A stretch of 64,000 bases of DNA. Source: Vicugna vicugna. Lineage: Eukaryota. Within the stretch, counting starts at the first letter, position 1; each line of letters begins with the position of its first letter. The stretch spans positions 5,562,745-5,626,744 of the forward strand of contig MU058423.1 of NCBI GenBank assembly GCA_013265495.1, written 5' to 3'. A program made the translations under genes and the position numbers. The notes beneath the pieces are model-generated. The model worked only from the letters and a program-made list of their open reading frames with translations. It searched no databases and was not told the origin of the DNA. Shown here piece by piece: positions 25,750-38,500 of this stretch.

Positions 25750-26960
25750 ACAGACTTCTATTCTGAATATTATAACAGCATAGGAAAACTAGTGGAATAT
25801 GGCAACAGAAGGAAAATATATAGATATATTAAAGACTATCAGCCAAAAATAAACAGGGAATTTTATACTAGATAGCAAAACATTAAAGCAATTTCTATCA
25901 AAATTCCAAGAAGATAAAAACATTCCAGCTATCTCAAATATTGGTAGCTCTTGTGGGAGAAAGCTAAAATCAACGTTATAGGAAAAGATCATAATTTGTG
26001 GAATTACTGGAAGAATCAAATCATTATGATTTATGAATGGTATCACTGTACATGATAAAAACAAGAATAACTTGTAAAATTCCTAGTGCTATTAAGACAA
26101 TTAAAGATGGAAAAAATAAATACAGTAAAATAATTATCTCAATAAATGTATAATAACTGGTTTCAAAAGAAAATGTAAAGCTATTCTACAGAAAATAGAT
26201 ACAAAAGCTATGAAAGATATAGGAATCTATATAACAAGAACGTACAGATGTTATACGAGGCAAATCACAGTATTATTAAAGATGTAAAATAAGACGACCA
26301 AGGTAAGGCATAAAATATTTCTACTAGGATACTTAATATTGTAAAAATGTTGATCCTTTGAATATTAACATAAAAAGTATAAAGATGTAAAAGTTGATTC
26401 ATCTTTATCTAAAAAATTAATGTAAAGCAATAAGGACTATTTCTGCTCTATGGAAAAGAGATGTTAATTTAATAAACATAAACGACTCTTGCATCTGGAA
26501 ATAAATAACAAAGCCAGAACTACCTAGTATTTTGAGAAAACATTAGAAAAAAATGCTACAACAAAATGATAGCCAGAAAGTTCCTACAAACTCAAAAATA
26601 CTATATTTTATCAAAATATATGAAGAAACAATTTACTAGTGAAGTCCAAAAGTATATTATCTACTTCACTAGTAACTAGGATTTCAAATTAAATTAACTG
26701 TGATATGATATATTATTAATGACCATTAGGTAGCAAAATATTTACAAAGAAAATTAATTACTAGCACTAAGTACAAGACATAGCACTCACGTATGCCAGG
26801 GGATTGGCCAATTACCTCGTCATTTTTGGAGAGAAATCTGATACTATCCATTACAGTTGGAAATACATTTACTTTTTGACTTTCCAGTTTTAGGACCTTA
26901 CTGTTACAGTCAAAGCATTGTATTTAAACATATTTATAATAGTGCTGTTTTATTAGCAAA
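25750..26960 (+). mobile_element. Very old L1ME-type ORF2/3' remnant
   Basis: Decayed ORF2 end and cattttggagagaaatctg-type 3' motif. Confidence 0.5.
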
Positions 26961-27029
26961 AACAGGAGACTTTTAAAATATACATAATGAGAAGAATTAC
27001 CATTATAATAGTATATACCATCAACAGGT

Positions 27030-28285
27030 TTTACAGTATAGTATTATTAACTAGGCACTATGTTAAACACTCAATCTCTAGAACTTATTCATCTTGCATA
27101 ACTGAAACTTTATACCCATTAAACAACTATTACCCATTTTCCTTTCTCTCCAGCCCTTGGCAATCACCACTCTGCTCACTGCTTCTATGAGTTGGACTGT
27201 TACATAAGTGGAATCAGGCAGCACTTGTCCTTCTGTGACTGACCTATTCCACTTAGTAATAATGTCCTCCATGTTTATCCATTCTGTTGCACATGGCAGA
27301 ATTTCCTTCTTTTTTAAAGCTATATAATATTCCACTGTATGTGTTTACCACATGTTCTTTATCCATTTACCTGTCAGTGGACATTTAGGTTTCCATATCT
27401 TCATTATTGTTAATAGTGCTACAGTGAACATGAGTGTGCAGATATCTATGTGAGTTTCTGACTGCAGTTTTGTTGGATACACACCCAGAATTGGGATTAC
27501 TGGATCATATGATAGTTCTAGCTTTAAGTTTATGAGAAATCTTCATGTTTTCTAAAGTATCTCTACTATTTCACATTCCCACCAACAGTGTGCAAAAATT
27601 CCAATTTCTTCACATCCTTGTCAATACTTCTTGTCTTGTTTTTGGACAATTGTTATTCTGATAAGTATCCTGTGAGGTGATATCTCATTGTGGATTTGAT
27701 TTACATTTCCCTGATGACTAGTGACATTAGCACCTTTCCATGTGTCTGTTGGCCATTTATATTTCTTCTGTGGAGAAATGTCTATTCAAATCCTTACGCC
27801 ATTTCATTTTTCTGCTAGTGAGTAATAGGGTTTCTTCTCATATATTTTGAGTACTAACCACTTATCAGATACACAGTTTGGAAATATCTTCTCCCATTTT
27901 AAAGGCTACCTTTTAATTTTCTAAAAGCTTTTTAGTTTAATGTAGTCCCATTTGTTAATTTTTGTTTTTGTGGTCTGTGCTTTTGGTGTCATATCCATGA
28001 AATCATTGCCAAGACCAATGTTACAAAGCTTTTTCCCTATGTGGGAATTAAACAATGCACAAATGAACAATGATTGGGTCAAAGAAGAAATCAAAAGGGA
28101 ATTAGAAAAATACCATGATATAAACAAAAATGAAAATAAAATATAACCAAACTTACAGGATGTGGCAAAAGACGTTACTTAGAGGTAAGTTTCTTGCAAT
28201 AAATGCCTGTGTTTAAAAAGAAGAAAGATTTCAAATAACCTAACTTTACACCTCAAGGAGCCAGAAAAGGTACAAACTAAGCCTA
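27030..28285 (-). mobile_element. L1MA-type element, 3' end antisense (27030-28040), joined to an inverted ORF2 piece (28040-28285)
   Basis: Minus ORFs MEYYIALKKKEILPCATEWINMEDI and [13 protein letters not shown]; on the plus strand [24 protein letters not shown] (region just after the endonuclease domain). Confidence 0.85.
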
Positions 28286-29505
28286 TACTGGTTCTTTTGT
28301 GAAAGAGTCACATAAAGAGGTTAGTGGTCCATACCCCAAACGGTATTTAAAATGTGTATGGACCTTTTTGTTTTATGCAGATGCATACTGCCAAAGTGAG
28401 TATGTTATAAGCAGATATGTTTGTTAGGATGATTGTGTTAATTTAAAAAGTTAAAACCATGAATAGCACTCAGGTAAGAAATAGGATCACTGATAACTTT
28501 ATGTGTGGTGTTCCATATACTGAATGATACTTATAGCAAATTGCTGATATTAGTGCATTTTTAAGACCAGTAAAGAATTACATACTCTTGTTTTTAATTA
28601 TACACTCCACATGTGTATATATATATAAAACATACACATACATAATATATATTTAATATATTTTAACATACTGCATATAACTATTTCTATATTTAATATA
28701 TTTTAATTATATGAATTATATATTTGCTTAATTAAAATGTTAGTCTAAATACTACCATGAATCATTTATTAAAACCTATAACTACAAATAATTTCTACAT
28801 TACTTTGCCATATTAACTGGATTTGATTTGATTGAAATCGGATTTGATTATGGAATTACAACATAGGAAGCTACTATATTAAGAACCTCTCAATGGCATG
28901 GATCATGCACATGCTATTTTCTTTTATTTTTCTTAGAACTTATCAAAATATTTTACACATAGTGGTTGTCCATTCACTTCATGAATAATTAGTTAACATA
29001 TCTATTATGACGTGTGATTGAAAACTGCCAGTATTTTCTCTAGTCATGATCTTTTATGAGTTTTTTACTTGTTTTTTTAAGATGTGTGGGAGGATATTAG
29101 TTGTTTGGGGTAACAACTGATCTCTGATCATACTAGAAACTGGGTATTTTGGTTAATTTAAGAAAAGTATAAGGAAGTTGGATGCTCTTTCAAGGTAAAG
29201 ATAAAATACAGGTCCATTAAAAATACAGCACATAGAGAAATAAGTTTAGGAAAGGATCATGACAACTCTCTTCTACTTCTGCACTCAAAATAAGAACTGC
29301 CCTAATAGGAGACTAGATTTAAATGTGTGAACTAAACTAAATGAGGATCTGTCTATAATTTAAAATGCTATTTTAGTGGCCTGAGATAAAACAACAACAA
29401 AAATCCTGTGACCACAACTGAAGAATGGAAATGATGGCGGTCACAAGTCCAATCAATGTATCCTGGAACTATGAATTGGGACACACAACTTTAGATGATG
29501 AGCGG

Positions 29506-29864
29506 TGTTAACGAACAAAATTCAACTGAGTGAATTTTAAAGATCTTACTGTCTTTATGTAACAATTCATGAATCAGGCAGCATCCAATCTACAAGCGGA
29601 AAGGAGCTGCAAAGAGCCATCAAAATGAAATACTATTAAAGGCAGAAGGGAGCAAAAACAAGATTATACTTGGCAAAAATAGTGGATTGGCTATCTAGGA
29701 AATGGCAGGGATCTATCAGGCAGATTACCCAACTAACGCTAATCAGGTAATTCCTGATGGATTTAAGGTTCCATTTCTTCAAGAGCATTAAACTGTATTA
29801 AGTCTCTGGTGATGTGGACTTTAGCATAAGCAGCTCTACTTGGGGCTTGCTGCCTTGTTTCACA
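29506..29864 (-). mobile_element. ERV1 solo LTR
   Basis: TG...CA termini; 4-bp TSD GCGG (29502-29505) / GCAG (29865-29868), differing by a CpG transition. Confidence 0.7.
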
Positions 29865-30050
29865 GCAGGAAGCATCATGGTATTTACCGAGTATCACTGT
29901 TGGGATTGCACTTCTATGAGACAAACTTGACTAAAACCTTCCCTTGGACAAATGATCCCTTATAAGCAGAGATGGGATATTCTAGCCCTTGTTTTAGAGT
30001 CACCTTCACTTCTGAGAAATATCACTGCTTTTGGTTATTTATGACTTTTT

Positions 30051-30502
30051 TGGACAGGGAATGTTGTCTGCCAATCCAGTTCTACGAGGATCAAGCCATC
30101 AGCCACTTGCAGCTACCCGCCCCTGCCCTGAGTGGAATTCAGGAGAGAGAAAACGGGAAACCTTACATTCTTTGGATACTGGCTCTACATAACTAAGGTG
30201 CATATTTAAGGAATAAAATTTCAGTAATCCCAGATTCTGCGATCTTCCCATACAAAGAAAAGCACTAAAATCATTAACTTAAGATGTCTACTTTGTCATT
30301 AGCAATAATCTTTTGTTGCAACTGCACAGTTTTGTTTCGTTTTCTCAGCATAAACTCTTTGTATCCTGGATCCTCCCTCATCTCTTCCGAGCAGTTTCTC
30401 AGAGCCATCTGAGAAGCTGTCTCCTGGGCTATAGTTTGCAGTAAGGTCCCCAAATAAAACTTAACTCCCAACTTTTAGGTTGTATGTTTTCTTCAGTTGA
30501 CA
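30051..30502 (+). mobile_element. ERV1 solo LTR (MER41-like)
   Basis: gagcagtttctcagagccatctgagaagctgtctcctgggctatagt...AATAAA...ttcagttgaCA is a typical MER41-group R/U5. Confidence 0.75.
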
Positions 30503-31389
30503 ATTTATATATAAAAAGTAATTTCATGTATATAACTTTATTTAGATACTCATGAGTCTTTTAACTTAACTTGCAGTAGATTTTAAACCTCCATTACACT
30601 AATGCAACCCTTCCTTATTTATCATACACATGTTGCTCAGGTTGTAGCAGACAAAGCTTCCCCATGGAAGGTGAAAGGTAATCTACAGCCAATGTTTCTA
30701 TCAGCATTCCAGACACAGATTTAATGAAAAGAGTCAAAGTTATACACACTGAGCTGGGGTGTTTGAATGATTTTACCCATTCATGCTCTCAAGGACAAAT
30801 TTTCTTATAAGGCCTCAAATATAATATGAATATATATAGCTGTTAGAATTCTTGGTAAGGAAGTAGGGGTAAACCATTTTTAAGCTCAGAGGAGCTGATT
30901 TCCTGACGAGGCAGTGTGTGTATTTTGTAAGGATGATATCCAGTGTTGTACTTAATATTTTTCAAGTTTGACATAAAATGATGGGGATTCTATCCTGGAG
31001 GCAATCATCTTCCAAACAATGTAGCAGTGTGAGCCAAAATACTGAAAATGTCAACATTTCACACATCATTGATTCTTAGCGTTTCTTAAGCTGTTTTTCC
31101 GCATCCTGTGGCTACAGGTAAAAAAAAAAAAATCATATCCTGTTTTTAGTACTTTTCAACATCTCATGATTCAGAGCAAGCAACATTGTGTTATTTCTGT
31201 TTGTTCGTTTGTTTTAAAGTTCATTCTGTAGCTCTTAGAATTTGTCATTTGTGATTTGACAAACTCAAGATACATAACATATTCAGCACTGAATCTTTCA
31301 GAGCTATAAGTAAAATTATTTTATCAAGCTATAAATATAAGAAGATTGGCTAAAGGATATTCTCTGTAGTACTGTGTATTTTAGAAAAA

Positions 31390-31932
31390 CATCTGAAATA
31401 ATAAAAGAATTTTTCTGTAAATTTCATCAGTGTCTTCAATATTCATACCTCTCTGTATACATGCTCTTTGGGAAAGTAGCACCCCCTGTACTAAGTCTGT
31501 GCTTATATATTTGACTTGCTTTTACTAATGGGGCAACAGCAAATTTCATGGAAGTACACGTCGAAGAAAGCACCTGTGTGTTTCTGCCATCACTCTTGAT
31601 CCTCTACTTCCTCCCTAAACATTTGCTTGAGATAACTCCCTCTCCAATTTTTGTCACAATCATGAAAACAAGCCTGAGGTAGTCTGTTGAAGGACTAGAG
31701 ATCACATGGAACAAAGGTGCATTTTTTCAGCTGTTTCAGATCAGCCAGTCCAGAGCCAACCAATCAGGTCACCACAGACACACGAGCTAGCCTACCCAAT
31801 GTGAGTCAATTCGGGTCTAAATTAGCAGAACCACCTGACTTAATTATAGATCTATGCAAAATATTAAACGACCATTTTTTTAAGCCACCAACTTGTGGTG
31901 TATTCATTACTCACCAAAAGCTAACTGACACA
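31390..31932 (+). mobile_element. MaLR LTR (MLT1F/H-like)
   Basis: Ends ttttaagccaccaacttgtggtgtattc...aagctaactgacaca, the MLT1 3' signature. Confidence 0.65.
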
Positions 31933-32469
31933 GGTCCAAATCTAAATAATTGAATATACCAGAGTATATCTCTACCATTGAACACTGTGCAGCTATAAAA
32001 TACAATGCACATATTTATACATACATATGTTATATATACATAGGAACAAACATATGTTAAAATAGAGTAAAAATATAGAGTAAGTTCATATCCTTGTTAT
32101 CTCTGGGTGGAGGAATCAAGGATGAAAACGACACTCTTAATTTGTTTCTCTAAGGACATGTCAAATGAGTAACAACTGGAATACACATGAGTTCTATATC
32201 TCTGATTATGAAAATACCTTTGGTTTCAAATTCTTGCTTTTGTTTGATTTGTCCATGTAATATGTTGAAAGGGAAAGGGGTCATTCATATGACATAAACA
32301 CTGGACCACACTTGCATAGAAACTTATTCCATGTCAGAATTCCACTGTATTTGAAATACTTTCAAGGTATGTCTTTGATTCACACACTGTTTCTGAAGCA
32401 TTTCATATTAAAAGTGGGTTAAAAGGGATAGAAAAATTTTGCAGGTTTCATATATGTAACACAAATGCT

Positions 32470-32600
32470 CAAATTTCCCTCTCTAAAGGGGATAAAAACG
32501 GTACCTCCCTCATACATTTCCTTTGAGGGACAAATTAGTAAAAACATGAAAGGCTCTTAGGACAATGCTTGGTATATAGTGATTGCTTAATTAAAGTTGG
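32470..32600 (+). mobile_element. MIR SINE fragment
   Basis: ctcaaatttccctctctaaaggggataaaaacggtacctccctcata...acaatgcttggtatatagtgattgcttaat. Confidence 0.7.
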
Positions 32601-33812
32601 CTTTTTTATCATGTGACATTCAGTAATGCAGTTAGGAGGGACTGACTTGTGAGCCACTATTACAAATGACATTTTTTTTGTCAGCGAATCTGGTGGGATA
32701 AGATCACTAACAAAGCATAAATAGACTGATAACAGATAAGGTCAAAAGTGAGAACTTAGAAGGACATCAAAATGTACAAGCATTCAAAAGACAATTACCT
32801 AGTTACTTTATTCAGTTCTGAGATCAGCCTGATCTTTATGGTGATAACAGTAAGTGGCTGACTTAGTTATCTGCAAATATTGTCATGCTGTGAATACATT
32901 TTAAAAATCTCCTCTTGCACATGCCCAGACACACACACACCCCTATCCAACAGTATCAATCTAGATACTATGGCCCGGGCTATGGGGCAGAGAACCAGGC
33001 TGTCCTTGTCTTTGGTTGTAATGTCTGGAGATCAGTGGGTCATTCAAGAGGCTTCGCTTGGAAAAAAGTAAAGCTGTGAAGCAGATCCAAAGTTGTAGGG
33101 GGACACAGAAATTCCTCTCAGGCAGACAAGGAAGAACAAATTAGAGAGGTTTTATGCAGAAATAGAAGTTCCCGCCTTGAAATAAATTTTTGTGCCAAAA
33201 AAGGGTGTTTTTTAACAGAATACCTGATACTCCAGGCTTGAGGACCATAAGAGCAGTTAAGTAAATAAATCCAATCTGAATACATGTTAATAGTCATTTG
33301 ATATACCTTAAGATACAAAGCAAAGAACAAAAAAAAATTTCTAAAGAAATACCTCTCTACCACTATAGCCAAATTGGTTTGCTTTTATTATACTGCTTAA
33401 ACAAATACTGTAAAATCATATTGAAATATATCTATGAAATATTAATACATCTAATGCTGCAAAAACTATTTCTCAAGGACAGAATATAATTACCTATTCT
33501 TGTTCTCAGTGCATGTTTCTAAAACTTCATGGTGTAAGTCATGAATTCAGACAAAGAAGTACAAGAGGAGAACTTTGAGTGCAAAAGACCAAAGGAAAAG
33601 ATGGATGAGCCAATGACTGGTTTGTGAACTATGTGGATTCTGTATTAAATGCGGAGCAGGGAATCACACACATCAACTGAGAGGCAGTGCCAAAGAAAAG
33701 ATAACATTAAAAGCAGTGAAATTTCCCAAGTGAAAACATGACTGATAATGAGAAGCAGAAACACTGAAAGCGTAAGTCTCAGGCAGCTAGTGTTTTCTTT
33801 GAAAAGTGGCAT

Positions 33813-33840
<28 letters not shown>
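33813..33840. repeat. (CA)n microsatellite
   Basis: Read directly. Confidence 0.95.
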
Positions 33841-33846
<6 letters not shown>

Positions 33847-35334
33847 TCACATATTCTTCTAAGTATAACTGGGATTGTTAGTGACAAACAAGAGTGGTAA
33901 CAAATTCAGAAATGAAGAATGGAGTATGACTCCCGTCCTTTTTATGACAATGCTTATGTAAATGGAAGGAGGAGCTGGGTAAAGAAAAAGGGATGAAGAC
34001 AATGGTCTACCATCAGAGACACTTTATTCTGCAATTAGGACTAACATGCTGATGATAATAGTTTTAATGTGGTCCTGACTAATCAGAGCTGGATTAAAAC
34101 TTCATCAGGTTACTTAGCCAAGGGTTATTACAAACGCATTGTGGTCAAAAAAATGAGAAATTAAAAAACAGTCTCAGTTATTACAGTGTTTAATATGTAG
34201 TGTGATGCCCTTGGGCTGTTTTTGTAGGGAGAAAATACTTAAAAGAATTTTCTAACATTATTTTATCAGGTATGATTGCTAGAGATTATGCTTTGTTCAT
34301 GTATTATTTTCACAGCAAGAAGTCAAGAAGCATGGGAAATGACTGCAATAAAGGTCTGTGTGCAGGAAATAACTGAGTTATGTTAGTAAACTGTGGGAGA
34401 AAGCTTATATGGGGCAGCCATACACCAATGCATTGTTATTAATCTTTTCCCATTTCAAATATAAAACCACACACAGACATGCATGTGCACACACACATAT
34501 GCACACCATTCTTAAAAGAGATGCTATTTTCAATATGAAGATTTTTTTCTAATATCAGAGAGACAATTACATTTGCAGGTAACATGGATTCCAAATTTCT
34601 ATTTTTTTTTCAATTTGAATAGGTTCTAAGTATACAGGCTTTATGTAGTTTTCAAATCTACAGCAGTAAGTGAAGAGAAAATAACCATAAACTTTGGTTT
34701 AACTGTTGGCTGGTTTATAATCTGATTTTTTCAGAGGGATAATAGCATGATATATGGATTTCTCTTTTGGAAATTAGTTTATATGGGAAAGCAAAGTTGA
34801 TTTTTCACAGAATACAATAACAGCTGGATTCCAAAGTGCTGACAATAAAAGATTTAAAAGGTATATGCAAACACTTTCTGCCAACTTCTATTTTTTTTTC
34901 CTTACTTCATCTTATAATCATAAACTTATTTCTCTTAGGATATAAAAACAATGCAAACTATATCTATGTAGTTTATGATTGTAGTACATTTTTACTTATA
35001 TTGAAACAGTTGTTATAGCATTAAGAACAATAAAATAGGACTTTTTTGTTAGGCTCCATTTTATTTGGTATACTTCAAAAAAATACTTGTGTATATTTAG
35101 AAAACCAAAAACTGAGTTTTTCTCTTTTCTTAGTTTTTATTAACATTGTGTAATATAATCCATGTGATTTATTATTTTATAATCATTTAAAATTTTGTTT
35201 TGAATGTACAGTGTATTACGAGAGATACAGAGGGCAATAAAATAAAATTCTAGTAGTTTTTATTTTCTAATTCCCACCGGGCACTTTACCTTGACTTCAT
35301 ATCATAACCATCTAAAGCATTCAATCTAATATTT

Positions 35335-35525
35335 CACATGTATCATGTGCTAACTAGGCATTACGCTAAACACGCTTTATATAACAGTCAACTTTTACAA
35401 CATGACTATGAATTGAGGGGAACCAAGTTTGAGGAACTCAGCATTCTCATGCAAGATGACATGGTTTATGACCAACCTAGAATTAGTAACTCTAGGCTGA
35501 CTCACTCCCAAAGGCCAACTTTCTT
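35335..35525 (-). mobile_element. MIR SINE fragment
   Basis: tatcatgtgctaactaggcattacgctaaacacgctttatata...ctaggctgactcactcccaaaggcc. Confidence 0.55.
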
Positions 35526-38500
35526 ACCAACATGTATTGTTTTCACATGTTAAGTGGGGATGTTAGTAAAGGTAAATGTATAATTGGTAATTTTATGAGT
35601 ACTGTCTATAAACTTTTTCTTAGTATGATACATAGCAACTTTTTCTTAATATGATAAAATTACTGTCTACATAGATGACATGCCAGTATAATACAGTGAC
35701 TCTATATCAATTCACTGGTTTTAAAGACAAACATAGTTACGCCTTTGGCTTTGGTATCTCCTAGCTAATAATGGGTTATTGTATAAGTTCTAAGAGATAC
35801 ACGTGTTCAGATACCAGACAGAAACGTCAGCATACACAGTTTCTCCTCTATTCTCCCTTTCTAAAAGGCTTCCAACTAGCAAAATCTTTAGCTAGCATCG
35901 TCTTCTAACTCCTACTGGCTGTATCTCAGTTAACTGAACTCTTGTACTATGTAATAAATTTCTCAGCATGTACCTACTACTAGAGTTATTACTGTCAAAA
36001 ACTTTACTGGCTTTTCAGAACTGCACAGTTTCTCAGTACACTCTTACCAGTCAGTCCCCCAATTTCAACCTCTCTCAAAGTTTTCCCAAGATTCACCTTG
36101 GATGCAGCAGGAGGATGTGAGGAGAGTACTGGTAAGTGTAAACAAGATCATTTTCATAAATACTGAAGACATGCCATCTGCTGAATACGTGTAGTATATT
36201 CTCATTTTAGTTCCAAACACTTAATTGTTTTTGTCTCATTTGACACTGCGCTGACTGCCCCTGTCCACTGGCCTTCTCTAGATTTGCTCTGCCAGAGTTT
36301 GTTGGGGTCACTTCACCAGAGTTCAGCCAGCAGATGGATTTCATTCTTCTGGTAAGCTAGGTTGTCTGACTTCCCTCTACTAGTAATAAAAGAGACATTT
36401 TTGCGTCCATATTTAATCTGTTTTATTTCCCAAATATTTAGAACTAGAATTAGGAATAAGGCAATATACTTTATGAGGACTCTTCAGATCTCAACATGCA
36501 TCATATAAGACAATTTGAAAGTGAGAATAGCTGATAAGATTTTGAAGCTAATTAAAAAAAAACAATACATGGAGACATAAGTCTTCAACTATTTAAAAGA
36601 CTGTTATATGGCAAAACTGAACTGACTTGAATTTTTAAGAGAGGGCATGACTAAGACTAGGGGAAATTTTTATGACCATTATTTCCACACAATATAAGAC
36701 TGAATTTAAATTCTAACTATGGACCTTCAGTGTAATGTCTTGCTCCAGCAAGGGAGACAGGGCTTGGATTATTTAAACAGAGAACTTTTGATCAAATACT
36801 AGGTATTTGGTGGAGTTCAAATAAATGTGATGAAGTGAAGTCACATCATAAGAAAGAGATGCATAAACAATAATGTCTTATCTATTGATCCATTCATCTG
36901 AAAAATATAAAAACAACAGTAAAGCTGTTCTGTCACTAGACTAAAAGACACTTACTCGTAGGACCATATCATACCCATCTCCATATGTTCAACACTGCAA
37001 AAGAATCAAGAAAATAAAATGTTTGCTGAACTCAACTGCACTTAAATATACAAAATGAGCAGTTTGTATTGTATCTGTGAAAGAAGATAGCTTTAGAAAG
37101 CTTTACTTGATCAAAATTCAGGAATTTTGTCCTTCCACAATGGTCTACAACCATACTCTTTCAAATATAAATTTCCCAAATGAGCATCTTCTTGGACAAC
37201 TAATCAACTTTAATTAACTAAACAAGGAAGAAAATTTAGTATTAAAATAAAATAATATGTGGTTTCCATGATAAAAATTCATAGTAATAATGTGCATGTA
37301 CAAAGGTTTTTAATTAAATACTGCAAAATATTTTGCAAATAATAGGAAATATTTAAAATGTACAAGTTGCAATATTTGTTTCCTAACCTATAACAGGGGT
37401 GTCTAACAGAGAATGAAAATACTTTTAAGTATTTCAAAGTATACTTATTCACAGAACAAAATATTAAAAAATATATTTATATCTCATAATTTAAAATTAT
37501 GATTTTTATGTACAGCTATTCTATAATATATATAATATTTCAGTACAGAATTATATGCATGAATTTAAAAATACAATTACTGAGATTTTACATTAAGCTA
37601 TTTATTTAATGGAGCCTACATGAAATATCACTGGTCTAGGGATTATGTGCATAAATACAGTTAAAAAAATTCCATTTTTTTTCCTTTGAAATGGAACAGG
37701 AATTTTTAATCTACATGGATTCTGAGACGATATCTATGAATGGAACTGAATGTCTCTAGGCAATTTCTGAGATTATATGAAAATTCTCTTTATATATATT
37801 TTTAGTTAATTTTTTGAGAGTATCCTTAGCTTTAGTCTAATTCTAAAAACATAATCAATCAATCAATAGTTTGTGACTAAACAACATTAGTAACATCTTA
37901 AAAGTGATACTGCTCAGTCATGGCATTTGCACACCGATCGAGCGCTTCTGATGCAGAATTAAATAATGATATCTAATGACTATTTGTTGCATAGCTAGCT
38001 GTTCAAACTACCTCTCTGGGTCTGAGACTGTACTGGAAAATGTAAAATTAACAATCATATTTTAGTAATTATTTGGTTACTCACTAAATACATAAAAAGA
38101 ATTAAATAACATATACCAGGGACTTAAATTTTTAGCTTCTAAGATATTTTCTAATAATCTAATCTTAAGTGACTTCAGTGAGTATTTCAGTATTTTTATG
38201 TTAATTTACCAATACCAACTTAGTTGAATGAACACCATTACAACAGCATAGAACCAATGCTCAGTCAGGGTGTTGGAGACTATGTTCAGAGAAGTTTGAT
38301 GCTATATAAGCTTTCTTTATATTTCTTTATATGATGAGTTTCACCAAGTTTTTCTCAAATATTAAAACTCATAGTCAAGGAGACATTGAGAGCCTTGGGC
38401 CAGTTCCTCTTCAGTTTTAGTGACCACTTTTTAAAATTCTCGCAAGCTATGGGGACTGTCATTTCAATATGTGCATTTCTATACTTAATCTTTGATTGCT

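Noticed and set aside
36292..36351. Plus-strand exon candidate (FALPEFVGVTSPEFSQQMDFILL, donor gtaagc)
   Set aside because: Good splice signals but no convincing plus-strand partner exons; cannot be separated from chance.
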